Shown here one piece after another: positions 49,563 through 59,027 of a stretch of DNA of 64,000 nt. The stretch is taken from positions 1 to 64,000 of IMG/VR virus record IMGVR_UViG_3300025875_000007. The stretch is one strand, 5' to 3'. The notes under the pieces are model-generated. The model was not told the origin of the DNA, ran no database searches, and was given only the letters and a program-made list of their open reading frames with translations. A program made the translations under genes and the position numbers. The number at the start of each line of letters is the position of its first letter. Position 1 is the first letter of the stretch. The DNA is from a virus.

Positions 49563-49598
49563 CGACCCCTCCCACACCCACTAGTTAGGAATCCAATT

Positions 49599-49958
49599 AT
49601 GACCGAGATCCGCGAGGACGAGATCGTCGACGCCGAGATTGTCAATGGCAACGACACCAAGTCCCTGAAGAAGTTCAACCCTGGGCGTAGCGGCCTCAAG
49701 CTGATCGCTACAAGCTCGGTCCGGTTTGTGGTCTCCTCTGCGATCACGACGCTCGTCCCGGTCGAGACCAAGAAGGAGAAGCGCAAGGTCTTCGTTGCGT
49801 CCATGGTGCTCTCCGGTATGCTCAACGAGCAAGTCAAGCCGTATGTCGACCGCGAGATCGACGAGGCAATCGACTTCTGCAAGGGCGTGGTCGAGCACAT
49901 CAACAAGATGCAGCAGGCGCAGGCAGAGGCCGCCGAGTCTGACGTTCCTAACCCGTGA
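49599..49958 (+). CDS. hypothetical protein (119 aa), two moderately hydrophobic segments
   Basis: Track ORF with a TAGGAA RBS. Confidence 0.65.
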   Translation: MTEIREDEIVDAEIVNGNDTKSLKKFNPGRSGLKLIATSSVRFVVSSAITTLVPVETKKEKRKVFVASMVLSGMLNEQVKPYVDREIDEAIDFCKGVVEHINKMQQAQAEAAESDVPNP

Positions 49959-49985
49959 CAGGCTAGACATTCGGAAGAGGCACCA

Positions 49986-50624
49986 GTGGATCAGTTCCCA
50001 GGCAACAGCAAGCTGCCCGATAGGGCACGGGCTCGCGAAGAGCCCCCTAAGAAGGTAGTAGAGAGCGTCGTTCAAGGGAAGGTCACTCGACGCAAGACCC
50101 CGATTGGTCGTCGTCTGACACAGAACCTGATTGGCGGCGACGCTCAGAGCGTCTGGGGTTACATGCTCGGGGAGATCGTAATTCCCTACGCTCGTGACAT
50201 GATCTACGAGGCCTTTGCGGGCGGTCTCGAGCGAGCAATCTTCGGAACCGAGTCCGGCGGACGCAGTCGGGGACGAAGTCGAGGGGGTCGTACTGACTAT
50301 CAGTCGCCCTTCAACCGCAATCGAGGTTCTTCGCGATACGACGAGCCTCGACGTGAGATGAGTAGGCGCGGTCGGAGTATGCACAGCTTCGACGAGATTG
50401 TGCTGGACAGCCGCATCGAGGCCGAGGAAGTGCTCGATCGCCTCGAGGCCATGCTCGACAAGTACGACAGCGTCACGGTTGCCGACTTCTACGAGCTTTG
50501 TGGAGTCGAGGCAACCTACACGGATCAGAAGTACGGCTGGACGAACCTTGCTAGCGCTAAGCCCCAGCGTATTCCCGGTGGTGGGCATCTAGTGCGGATG
50601 CCCCCTCCCGAGCCCCTCGACTAA
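49986..50624 (+). CDS. conserved phage protein (212 aa), function unknown
   Basis: Track ORF. I recall the C-terminal SVTVADFYELCGVEATYTDQKYGW pattern from other phages. Confidence 0.65.
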   Translation: MDQFPGNSKLPDRARAREEPPKKVVESVVQGKVTRRKTPIGRRLTQNLIGGDAQSVWGYMLGEIVIPYARDMIYEAFAGGLERAIFGTESGGRSRGRSRGGRTDYQSPFNRNRGSSRYDEPRREMSRRGRSMHSFDEIVLDSRIEAEEVLDRLEAMLDKYDSVTVADFYELCGVEATYTDQKYGWTNLASAKPQRIPGGGHLVRMPPPEPLD

Positions 50625-50782
50625 TGCCTAGTGAGGCTGAGGAGCGCCGGGCACTTCTTGAGGCATATCCTCCTGTCTCAGACAAGAAGAAGAGCCCGTG
50701 GGTTGAAAAAGTCAATAAGATGTCGAAGGCTCAAGTGCACGCCATCTATATTCGCCTGAAGGATCAGGGTGTGATTAAGTGA
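50624..50782 (+). CDS. hypothetical protein (52 aa)
   Basis: The ATG overlaps the upstream TAA and the stop overlaps the next GTG (GTGA). Confidence 0.45.
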   Translation: MPSEAEERRALLEAYPPVSDKKKSPWVEKVNKMSKAQVHAIYIRLKDQGVIK

Positions 50783-51258
50783 GCGGATGTTCTTGTGGCA
50801 CGCCTTATCAAGAAGGTATTCACGCATCGGATAAGTGCGTGTCCAGGCCCATGCGAGATAGGGGCTGGCTTCTCGTGGCGGAGGCAGTAGCCGCTAGAGC
50901 CGACTGTCGGAGACGACAGATCGGAGCAGTAATCGTAGATAAGCACGACCGCATTGTCAGCACCGGAAGAAATGGCTCACCTCCGGGTGGGCCTTCTTGT
51001 TTGCAGGGAGAGTGTCCTCGAGGGCTCTTAACCACTGACGAGCTTCCCCCTGACAGTTCGTATGACAGCGGTATCGGCAAGTGCGTGGCTGTTCACGCAG
51101 AGGCTAACGCCATGATATTTGGCGATCCCGCTAGAATGCGGGGCGGCACGATGTACATCAGCTGTCCCGTTCCACCATGCCCGGGCTGCCAGCGCTTGAT
51201 TGACGGCATGGGTCTCAAAGTCGTATTCAATTCCAAGGAGAACAATGAGCGTCGTTAG
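50779..51258 (+). CDS. dCMP deaminase (CMP/dCMP-type zinc deaminase)
   Basis: CVAVHAEANAM and PCPGCQRLI zinc-binding motifs. Confidence 0.85.
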   Translation: MSGCSCGTPYQEGIHASDKCVSRPMRDRGWLLVAEAVAARADCRRRQIGAVIVDKHDRIVSTGRNGSPPGGPSCLQGECPRGLLTTDELPPDSSYDSGIGKCVAVHAEANAMIFGDPARMRGGTMYISCPVPPCPGCQRLIDGMGLKVVFNSKENNERR

Positions 51259-52141
51259 TATGATTACGTCAAAGGCAGGATTAACCCTTCTCAAGGGCAA
51301 GAAGCACTCTCCTGTCATCCTGTTCACCGCCGGTGTGATCGGCTTCGGTGCGACGGTCTTTCTCGCCAGCAAGGCTACGCTGGAGCTGGGTGATCTCCTG
51401 GACAAGCACGAGAAGGAGCTGAACGACGCCCGCGACCTCCACGAGGTCAACCGGCTGCAGGACAGCAAGAAGGCCGATCGCGAGCACAAGAAGGTTTCTA
51501 CGGCGATCAAGCTGGTCTTCGTTCGGGACCTCGCGATTCTTTACGGTCCGGCAGTCGGCGTCGGCATCTTGTCTGTGGGTGCACTCACCGGTTCACACAT
51601 CATCATGAACCGTCGGTACACCAGCGTCGTCGCTGCTTACGCAACCCTCGACCGGTCCTTCAGGGAGTACCGCAGCCGGGTTGTGGAGGAGTACGGCGTC
51701 GAGACGGACAAGAAGTTCGTCAACGGAACCACCACTCGCGAGATCGTGTCTGATGACGGCAAGCAGGTCATGACCGTCGAGGAGGCTGCTGGTCTGTCGC
51801 CTTACGCAGCGCTCTTCGCTAAGGACACGACCTTCGACTGGTCGCCGCAGCCCGACTACAACCTGCACTTCCTTCGGGCGCAGCAGCAGATCGCGAATGA
51901 CATCCTGAATTCCAAGGGTTACATCTTCCTGAATGATGTTCGCAAGTCCCTTGGTCTTCCGCTTGTCCCGGAGGGTCAGGCCGTGGGTTGGTTCAAGGAC
52001 AACCCGCGTTCCAAGCACGACAACTGCGTTAGCTTCGGGATCTTCGACAACCCGAATGCGTTCAACGACTTCATGGCGGGCAAGGAAGGCGCTATCTGGC
52101 TGGACTTCAACGTCGACGGCGTTATCTACGATCTTATCTAA
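51245..52141 (+). CDS. conserved phage protein with an N-terminal TM (paralog of 46700..47482)
   Basis: AAGGAGA RBS then ATG 51245. SPVILFTAGVIGFGATVFLASKATLE opening. Confidence 0.65.
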   Translation: MSVVSMITSKAGLTLLKGKKHSPVILFTAGVIGFGATVFLASKATLELGDLLDKHEKELNDARDLHEVNRLQDSKKADREHKKVSTAIKLVFVRDLAILYGPAVGVGILSVGALTGSHIIMNRRYTSVVAAYATLDRSFREYRSRVVEEYGVETDKKFVNGTTTREIVSDDGKQVMTVEEAAGLSPYAALFAKDTTFDWSPQPDYNLHFLRAQQQIANDILNSKGYIFLNDVRKSLGLPLVPEGQAVGWFKDNPRSKHDNCVSFGIFDNPNAFNDFMAGKEGAIWLDFNVDGVIYDLI

Positions 52142-52156
52142 GGAATATTCTTAAAT

Positions 52157-52498
52157 ATGGACACCAAAGAGCTTACCGACAAGATCGCATATCTTCAGGG
52201 AACTGTTGACGATCTGTCCAATTTTCACCAGCAGGACTTTACGTACTTCTCACAGTGGCTGCGAGAGCTGGACACCAAGGTCAACGGATTTCAGAACACG
52301 CTTGTCAAGTTTGAGAAGACGGGTCAGTTCAATGCCCAGATCTCAGACGTGGTCAAGTCTGCGGTTCAGTCCGTTCCACTTGTTCAGGGACGAAACGTTT
52401 CAAAGTTGAAGATTGCGCTTGCTGCTGGTGCCGGTGTCTACATCGGGATCAAGGTCAACCAGGTTTACCAGACCCGTCAGTCGAAGAAGGAGCAGTAG
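52157..52498 (+). CDS. coiled-coil protein with a C-terminal TM
   Basis: Track ORF. LKIALAAGAGVYIGIKV near the C-terminus. Confidence 0.6.
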   Translation: MDTKELTDKIAYLQGTVDDLSNFHQQDFTYFSQWLRELDTKVNGFQNTLVKFEKTGQFNAQISDVVKSAVQSVPLVQGRNVSKLKIALAAGAGVYIGIKVNQVYQTRQSKKEQ

Positions 52499-52500
52499 GT

Positions 52501-53445
52501 ATGGCCAAGAAGGAAATCATCAATACCGACAATATCACCCTTCGTGTCGGCGAGGGCGCAGCAGACATGCTTGACACCGCGATCGAGCAGACCTCCGAGG
52601 CGATCGAGATTGCTGAGAAGGCTCTCGATCACGCTGAGCACGCTGTCGAGCGGGTTGTCACCGTCACGAGGCACAACCCGTGGATCATCGCTGGCGCATT
52701 CCTGGTCGGCGCTGGTCTCGGTGGGTTCATCGCGTACAAGATCGCCGAGAAGCGTCTGGCTGCCAAGTTCGACGCAGAGCTGAGCGAGCAGATTGCGGCC
52801 GCTAAGGCCTATCGGTCTCGGGTGGCCAAGGAGGGCGAGTTCGAGACGCCCGAGGGTGCTGTCAGCGCTCTGGTCCCTGACGAGGTCCAGGAGGCGGTGC
52901 GGTCGTATCAGGGTCGTCCTTCGGCGAGGCAGCCGCAGGTCCCGTACGACAAGCCCGAGAAGGTCGATCCTCGTCCTCCGGTGAACATCGTGGCTGAGAA
53001 CGTTGAGGTCACGGAGAACGTCACTGTAGTGGCGAAGGGCGATCCTCGTGACTGGGACTACAACGCCGAGGTGGCTGACCGGGAGCTCAACCCTGAGATC
53101 CCGTACACCATCTCGTTCGAGGAGTTCAACGAGAACAATGTGGGTCATGAGCAGACGACCATGACCTACTACGCGCAGGATCGGACGCTTGCTGACTCTC
53201 AGGATGGCATCGTCGACAACATCAACCATGTGATCGGTGACGACAACCTTCGCCGATTCGGTCACGGTTCGCATGATCCGAACGTTGTGTACGTCCGCAA
53301 CGAGAAGATCGACATGGACTTCGAGATCACCCGTAGCAACGGATCGTACCAGTCTGAGGTGCTGAACATCGATCCGGAGCCCGCGAGTCTGCAGCACTCT
53401 CGAACCCGTCGTCCGAACCGGCGAACGTGGAGAGCAGATGAGTGA
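52501..53445 (+). CDS. conserved phage protein with a TM
   Basis: TM WIIAGAFLVGAGLGGFIAY. I recall the C-terminal PYTISFEEFNE...TYYAQDRTLAD...VYVRNEKIDMDFEI pattern from Gram-positive phages. Confidence 0.65.
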   Translation: MAKKEIINTDNITLRVGEGAADMLDTAIEQTSEAIEIAEKALDHAEHAVERVVTVTRHNPWIIAGAFLVGAGLGGFIAYKIAEKRLAAKFDAELSEQIAAAKAYRSRVAKEGEFETPEGAVSALVPDEVQEAVRSYQGRPSARQPQVPYDKPEKVDPRPPVNIVAENVEVTENVTVVAKGDPRDWDYNAEVADRELNPEIPYTISFEEFNENNVGHEQTTMTYYAQDRTLADSQDGIVDNINHVIGDDNLRRFGHGSHDPNVVYVRNEKIDMDFEITRSNGSYQSEVLNIDPEPASLQHSRTRRPNRRTWRADE

Positions 53446-53966
53446 CCAAACCCCTTGACGAACTCTATCTGAGTTGGTTATACCAGTGCGTGGCAGATCC
53501 AAACGTTGCAAATCCAGCGCACACCTTCTGGAATTTGCTACAGCACTTGTTCACCAAAGAGTACGTCTGGCTTGTGCCAAACGACGACAATCGTGTGGCA
53601 GATGGACGTGCACTCAGAGATGAGTTCATTGAGGACCTGGGTCTGAATAACGTGGATCCGGATTGGTTAAATCTTGGGTGTTCCATGCTCGAGATGATTA
53701 TTGCGCTATCGCGGCGGCTCTCCTTCCTAGCCGAGGGAGAGCCCCGCGATTGGTTCTGGCATCTTATTAACAACCTAGGTCTCAATATCGACGATCGGCA
53801 ACGGTTCCCACGAAGCAGGGTAGAGGAGGTGCTTGACAGACAGATATGGCGAACATATAGATCAAATGGTGCTGGAGGGCTCTTCCCTCTCAAGCGCTCC
53901 CGTCGTGACCAACGTGACGTTGAGATATGGACCCAACTCAATGCATATTTGCGGGAGAATTACTAG
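53442..53966 (+). CDS. hypothetical protein (174 aa)
   Basis: Track ORF, coupled to the upstream gene. Confidence 0.6.
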   Translation: MTKPLDELYLSWLYQCVADPNVANPAHTFWNLLQHLFTKEYVWLVPNDDNRVADGRALRDEFIEDLGLNNVDPDWLNLGCSMLEMIIALSRRLSFLAEGEPRDWFWHLINNLGLNIDDRQRFPRSRVEEVLDRQIWRTYRSNGAGGLFPLKRSRRDQRDVEIWTQLNAYLRENY

Positions 53967-53982
53967 CACGAGAGGAGGGTAG

Positions 53983-56900
53983 ATGGACTTCTATTCGATA
54001 GGCACGAAGGAAGCAAAAAATGGCGTCTTAGAGATTTTCCCAGACTTCATTGTTGGGCGATCTAAGGACCTCATGGTTCGTGCCAATTCGTTTTATGCAA
54101 TCTGGGACGAAGCAGTAAAGCTGTGGTCCACTGACGAGTACGATGTACAGCGTCTTGTGGACGATGAGCTTCGCGAATTCGCCGATAAGAAGAAGGCCGA
54201 AGGCCTCTCGTGCAACGTGAAGTATCTCCGCTCGGTTGGCTCGGGCAGTTGGTATCGATTCCGGAATTTCGTCCGACAGGTTGCCGATAACAGCCATCAA
54301 CTGGACGACAAGTTGGTTTTCGATGGTCAGGAAACAAAGAAGTCTGACTACGTCAGTAGGAAGCTTCCGTACGCACTGACCCCCGGAGACTATTCGGCCT
54401 GGGATGAACTGCTGGGGGTCCTATATTCCACAGAGGAAAGGGCCAAGATCGAATGGGCAATTGGCGCGATTATTTCGGGCGACAGCAAAAAGATCCAGAA
54501 GTTCCTGGTTCTGTACGGTCCGGCGGGAACGGGGAAGTCGACGGTTCTGGACATCATCCAGAAGCTCTTCGTTGGCTACACGACCAGTTTCGAAGCCAAA
54601 GCCCTGGGATCGAACGGGAACGCCTTCGCGACGGAGGTCTTCAAGGGGAATCCCTTGGTAGCGATCCAGCACGATGGGGATCTGAGCAAGATCGAGGACA
54701 ACACGAAGCTGAACTCGATCATCTCGCACGAAGATATGACGATGAACGAGAAGTACAAGCCGTCGTACACAGCCAGGGTGAATGCCTTTTTGTTTATGGG
54801 TACCAACCAGCCTGTGAAGATCTCGGATGCCAAATCCGGTATTATCCGTCGACTGATTGACGTTCATCCGACCGGTGTGAAGATTCCGGTCAACCACTAC
54901 CACACGCTGGTAGGTAAGGTCGACTTCGAGCTGGGTGCTATCGCCCACCACTGCCTTGAGGTCTACCGCAAGATGGGCAAGAACTACTACAACACGTATC
55001 GTCCGCTTGAGATGATGTTGCAGACCGACGTCTTCTTCAACTTCATCGAAGCCAAATACGATGTCTTCAAGTCGCAGGACGGCACAACGCTGAAGCAGGC
55101 GTACACGCTCTACAAGGAATTCTGCAGCGACACAGGTATCGAGCGTATGCTGCCGCAGTACAAGGTTCGAGAGGAGCTTCGTAACTACTTCGAGGACTTC
55201 AAGGATCGCGCAACTGTTGGTGGCGAGGTTGTTCGAAGCTACTACTCCGGATTCTCAGCACACCCCTTCAAGGCTCCGGCCAAGGAGGCGAATACGTTTT
55301 CTCTGGTTTTGGATGAGACCACGTCTATATTTGATGAGGAGTACGCAAACTGTGCAGCCCAATACGCAAACGATGCGGGAACTCCGAAGAGCGCTTGGAC
55401 TCGCGTTCGAACGCATCTCGGAGATCTTCAGACAACTGAGCAGCACTTTGTCAAGGTGCCTGAGAAGCATATCGTCATCGATTTCGATCTCAAGGATGAT
55501 GCAGGAAACAAGTCGCTCGAGCGCAATCTGGAAGCGGCCAGTGTATGGCCCCCCACGTACGCGGAAGTCAGTCAGGGTGGAGGAGGCGTCCACCTACACT
55601 ACAACTATGAGGGCGATGTCGCCGAGTTAAGTCCCGTATATTCTGACGGCATTGAAGTCAAGGTCTACACGGGAAATGCTTCTCTTCGACGCAGGCTGTC
55701 CAAGTGCAACGCTGTCCCCGTTGCGACGCTAAATTCCGGTCTTCCGAAGAAGGAGAAGCCGAAGGTGCTACATCCAAAGGTTCTCTCTAGCGAGAAGAGT
55801 CTTCGTGACTTGATTGCTCGAAATCTGCGGAAGGAAATCCATCAGGGAACCAAGCCCTCGATCGACTTCATCCACAAGATTCTCGAGGACGCGTACAATA
55901 GCGATCTTCGCTATGACGTCACAGACCTCCAGCCGAAGATTATGGCTTTCGCAGCCGGTAGCAGCAATAAGGCTATGGAGTCTCTGAAGATCGTTCAGAA
56001 GATGAAGTTCACATCTGCAGATAAGGAAATGCTCCTTTCTGATGCTGCTAAAGTTGCCGTTCTCTCGAACAACGCTGGAGCTAAGGACGACCGCTTGGTC
56101 TTCTTCGATGTTGAGGTGTACCCGAACCTCTTCATCGTGTGCTGGAAGTACCAGGGTAGCGACACAGTCGTTCGAATGGTCAATCCCAGTGCACAGGAGA
56201 TTGAGCGTCTCTTCGTCTACAAGCTGGTTGGCTTTAACAACCGGAAATACGACAACCATATTCTTTACGCTCGGTACATGGGCTACTCCAACGAGCAGTT
56301 GTTCAGTCTTTCGCAAAAGATGGTCGTCGAGAACAACAAGAACGCAACCTTCGGCGAGGCCTACAACCTATCCTACTGCGATATTTGGGACTTCAGTTCC
56401 GTCAAGGAGAGTCTCAAGAAGTTCGAGATCATGCTTGGACTCAAGCACATGGAGATGGATATTCCTTGGGATCAGCCCGTTCCCGAGGAGTTGTGGCCGA
56501 AGGTCATCGAGTACTGTGTGAACGATGTGATCGCCACAGAGGCAGTATTCGAGGCTCGGAAGGGTGACTTCACCGCTCGTCAGATTCTGGCGGCGCTTAG
56601 TGGTCTGTCGATCAATGACAGCACCCCGAAGCACACCGCTAAGATCATTTTCGGTGGCGATCGGAACCCGCAGCAAAGCTTCGTCTACACCGATCTGAGT
56701 CGTGACTTCCCCGGATACACGCACAGCTTCGGTAAGTCTCAGTACCGTGACGAGGACCCGAAGGAGGGTGGCTATGTCTACGCAGAGCCAGGCATCCACA
56801 ACAACGTTGCTCTTCTTGACGTTGCCTCCATGCACCCGACCAGCCTGGTTAGACTTAATTATTTCGGACAGTACACCTCTAATTTCGAGGATCTCCTTAA

Positions 56901-57750
56901 GGCACGCCTTGCCATTAAGAACGGACGCTATGGCGAGGCACGTGAAATGCTGGGGGGTCGTCTTGCTCCCTACCTCACCGACGAAAAGGATGCTAAGGAC
57001 CTCGCGTACGCTCTGAAGATTGTCATCAACATCGTCTACGGTCTGACCTCGGCGAAGTTCGACAATCCCTTCAGGGACCCTCGCAACAAGGACAACATCG
57101 TTGCGAAGCGTGGCGCTCTCTTTATGATCGACCTGAAGCACCACGTTCAGGGTTTGGGATACACGGTCGTGCACATCAAGACCGACTCGATCAAGATTGC
57201 CGATGCGGACACGTTCATCATCGATGAGGTTTCCAAGTTCGGTGAGAAGTACGGATACGACTTCGAGCACGAGGCCACGTACGATCGTATGGCTCTCGTG
57301 AATGATGCGGTCTACATCGCTCGCAAGGCAGACTGTCTGGTCAATTGTTGGACGGCTACGGGTGCGCAGTTCATTCACCCGTACGTCTACAAGACGCTGT
57401 TTACTGGCGAAGAGGTCGAGTTCAATGACCTCTGTGAGACCAAGCAGGTCATGAAGGGATCCATCCACCTCAAGATCGGTGACGACCTTCGCTTTATCGG
57501 TCGCATCGGTCGGTTCATTCCTGTCAAGGAAGGTTCAGGTGGCGGAAGCCTGATTCGTGTCCACGAGGGCAAGGAATATGCCGTCACGGGTACTAAGGGT
57601 TTCCTTTGGAAGGAAGCCAACATGTTCGTCGAGGACGTTGATCAGATCGACATCGACTACTTCGAGAATCTGTCGGATGCTGCAGTAAGGTCCATCGAAA
57701 AGTATGGATCCTTCGAAGAGTTCATCGGAGAATACCCTAAGGAGCGGTAA
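53983..57750 (+). CDS. SF3 (D5/P4-like) helicase - AEP prim-pol - family B DNA polymerase fusion
   Basis: Walker A VLYGPAGTGKST (aa ~178). Prim-pol motifs IVIDFDLKD and GGGGVHLHY (aa ~495-555). PolB motifs: ExoI FFDVEVYPN, ExoIII YCVNDV, motif A LLDVASMHPTS, motif B KIVINIVYG, motif C IKTDSI. Confidence 0.85.
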   Translation: MDFYSIGTKEAKNGVLEIFPDFIVGRSKDLMVRANSFYAIWDEAVKLWSTDEYDVQRLVDDELREFADKKKAEGLSCNVKYLRSVGSGSWYRFRNFVRQVADNSHQLDDKLVFDGQETKKSDYVSRKLPYALTPGDYSAWDELLGVLYSTEERAKIEWAIGAIISGDSKKIQKFLVLYGPAGTGKSTVLDIIQKLFVGYTTSFEAKALGSNGNAFATEVFKGNPLVAIQHDGDLSKIEDNTKLNSIISHEDMTMNEKYKPSYTARVNAFLFMGTNQPVKISDAKSGIIRRLIDVHPTGVKIPVNHYHTLVGKVDFELGAIAHHCLEVYRKMGKNYYNTYRPLEMMLQTDVFFNFIEAKYDVFKSQDGTTLKQAYTLYKEFCSDTGIERMLPQYKVREELRNYFEDFKDRATVGGEVVRSYYSGFSAHPFKAPAKEANTFSLVLDETTSIFDEEYANCAAQYANDAGTPKSAWTRVRTHLGDLQTTEQHFVKVPEKHIVIDFDLKDDAGNKSLERNLEAASVWPPTYAEVSQGGGGVHLHYNYEGDVAELSPVYSDGIEVKVYTGNASLRRRLSKCNAVPVATLNSGLPKKEKPKVLHPKVLSSEKSLRDLIARNLRKEIHQGTKPSIDFIHKILEDAYNSDLRYDVTDLQPKIMAFAAGSSNKAMESLKIVQKMKFTSADKEMLLSDAAKVAVLSNNAGAKDDRLVFFDVEVYPNLFIVCWKYQGSDTVVRMVNPSAQEIERLFVYKLVGFNNRKYDNHILYARYMGYSNEQLFSLSQKMVVENNKNATFGEAYNLSYCDIWDFSSVKESLKKFEIMLGLKHMEMDIPWDQPVPEELWPKVIEYCVNDVIATEAVFEARKGDFTARQILAALSGLSINDSTPKHTAKIIFGGDRNPQQSFVYTDLSRDFPGYTHSFGKSQYRDEDPKEGGYVYAEPGIHNNVALLDVASMHPTSLVRLNYFGQYTSNFEDLLKARLAIKNGRYGEAREMLGGRLAPYLTDEKDAKDLAYALKIVINIVYGLTSAKFDNPFRDPRNKDNIVAKRGALFMIDLKHHVQGLGYTVVHIKTDSIKIADADTFIIDEVSKFGEKYGYDFEHEATYDRMALVNDAVYIARKADCLVNCWTATGAQFIHPYVYKTLFTGEEVEFNDLCETKQVMKGSIHLKIGDDLRFIGRIGRFIPVKEGSGGGSLIRVHEGKEYAVTGTKGFLWKEANMFVEDVDQIDIDYFENLSDAAVRSIEKYGSFEEFIGEYPKER

Positions 57751-57752
57751 AT

Positions 57753-58031
57753 ATGAAGAAGCGTGTTGTAGTTGGCGCAGTGCTAGTTGCTGGTGGAAGT
57801 TGCCTCGTTCTCAAGGGGATCCACCAGCTTCAAAACTCCAACATCGTGTTCCAAATGAAGCCCGAAGAGATCAAGCTCCCTCCGAAAGTGTTCCAGGAGC
57901 TCTCGAAGTACGCCTTCGCCATCCTTCCGTACTCTGGGTTCTGCGAGATCACGGGTTGCACCCACGAGATCCACGCGAATAACCCCGAGGGATATTCGAA
58001 GGCCATGTCCGAGCACCTCTCTACTCACTAA
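57753..58031 (+). CDS. small protein with an N-terminal signal/TM
   Basis: MKKRVVVGAVLVAGGSCLVL. Confidence 0.6.
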   Translation: MKKRVVVGAVLVAGGSCLVLKGIHQLQNSNIVFQMKPEEIKLPPKVFQELSKYAFAILPYSGFCEITGCTHEIHANNPEGYSKAMSEHLSTH

Positions 58032-58041
58032 GGCCTGAAAT

Positions 58042-58257
58042 ATGCCAGCAATCAGATATTTTGAGGTCGAAGAGACTCGAGTTGTTCGTGTTGCAGCCCA
58101 CGGTCCAGCCCAGGCAGGCATTATCGCTCAGGCAGCATTCGACCACGGACAGAACTCCGATAATGGTGTCGTAACCGGTAAGGGTCCTGTTGACGTCTGG
58201 GGAAACACCATGACAAGAATCAGGACTGTCAGCATTAACGTCGAGGAGGAGCGCTGA
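58042..58257 (+). CDS. hypothetical protein (71 aa)
   Basis: Track ORF. Its stop overlaps the thyX start. Confidence 0.55.
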   Translation: MPAIRYFEVEETRVVRVAAHGPAQAGIIAQAAFDHGQNSDNGVVTGKGPVDVWGNTMTRIRTVSINVEEER

Positions 58258-59027
58258 TGACCGACTTATTTGTGCCCGCTACGGTCACAGCAATCGGTAT
58301 TACCCAGGCATTGCCGGGGTTTAACGAGGTGCAAAATCAGACCGGATGGCGATCGGACTATCGCGAGAGCGACGCCGAGAGCATCATCGAGTTTGCCGGT
58401 CGAGGCTGCTACGAGAGTTGGGGTCGTCCGAATCCCGCGACCGCTACTGTTGCTGGATATCTCGATCACATCATGGATGTTGGTCACTTCAGTGTAATCG
58501 AGCATGGTTCGATCACCTTCTACTGTCGTGGACTGAGTCGGTCCCTGACGCATGAGCTGGTTCGTCACCGACACTTCAGCTACTCTCAATTGTCGCAGCG
58601 ATACGTGGATCCAGGAGCTGGAAAGAGCAACACGGGTCCGGTTCAGCCGCCGATCAGTGTGGGCGATGATGTGGCTGAGATGATTCTCCAAGAGGCGTGG
58701 GAGGATGCAAATATCCACTACGAGAAGCTGGTGGATCACTTCAAGATGAAGAACCCGAATGCCACTCGTAAGGAGTGGCGTCAGGCGGCTCGAGCAGTCC
58801 TTCCAAATATGACTGAGACTCGTCTGGTTTTGACCGGTAACTTCCGGGCGCTTCGTCACTACTTTGCCATGCGGTGCACCGAGGCTGCAGACGCCGAGAT
58901 CCGTCACTTCGCTTGTCTGATGTTGGACGAGTGCAAGAAGTATGCCCCTCATATCTTTGCCGACTTCGAGTTCGGCGAGCTTGAGGATGGCTCTCGAGTT
59001 GCGTCTAGCAAGTACAGCGAGGCGTAA
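58257..59027 (+). CDS. thyX: FAD-dependent thymidylate synthase ThyX
   Basis: ThyX signature RHRHFSYSQLSQRY. Size is typical. Confidence 0.9.
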   Translation: MTDLFVPATVTAIGITQALPGFNEVQNQTGWRSDYRESDAESIIEFAGRGCYESWGRPNPATATVAGYLDHIMDVGHFSVIEHGSITFYCRGLSRSLTHELVRHRHFSYSQLSQRYVDPGAGKSNTGPVQPPISVGDDVAEMILQEAWEDANIHYEKLVDHFKMKNPNATRKEWRQAARAVLPNMTETRLVLTGNFRALRHYFAMRCTEAADAEIRHFACLMLDECKKYAPHIFADFEFGELEDGSRVASSKYSEA

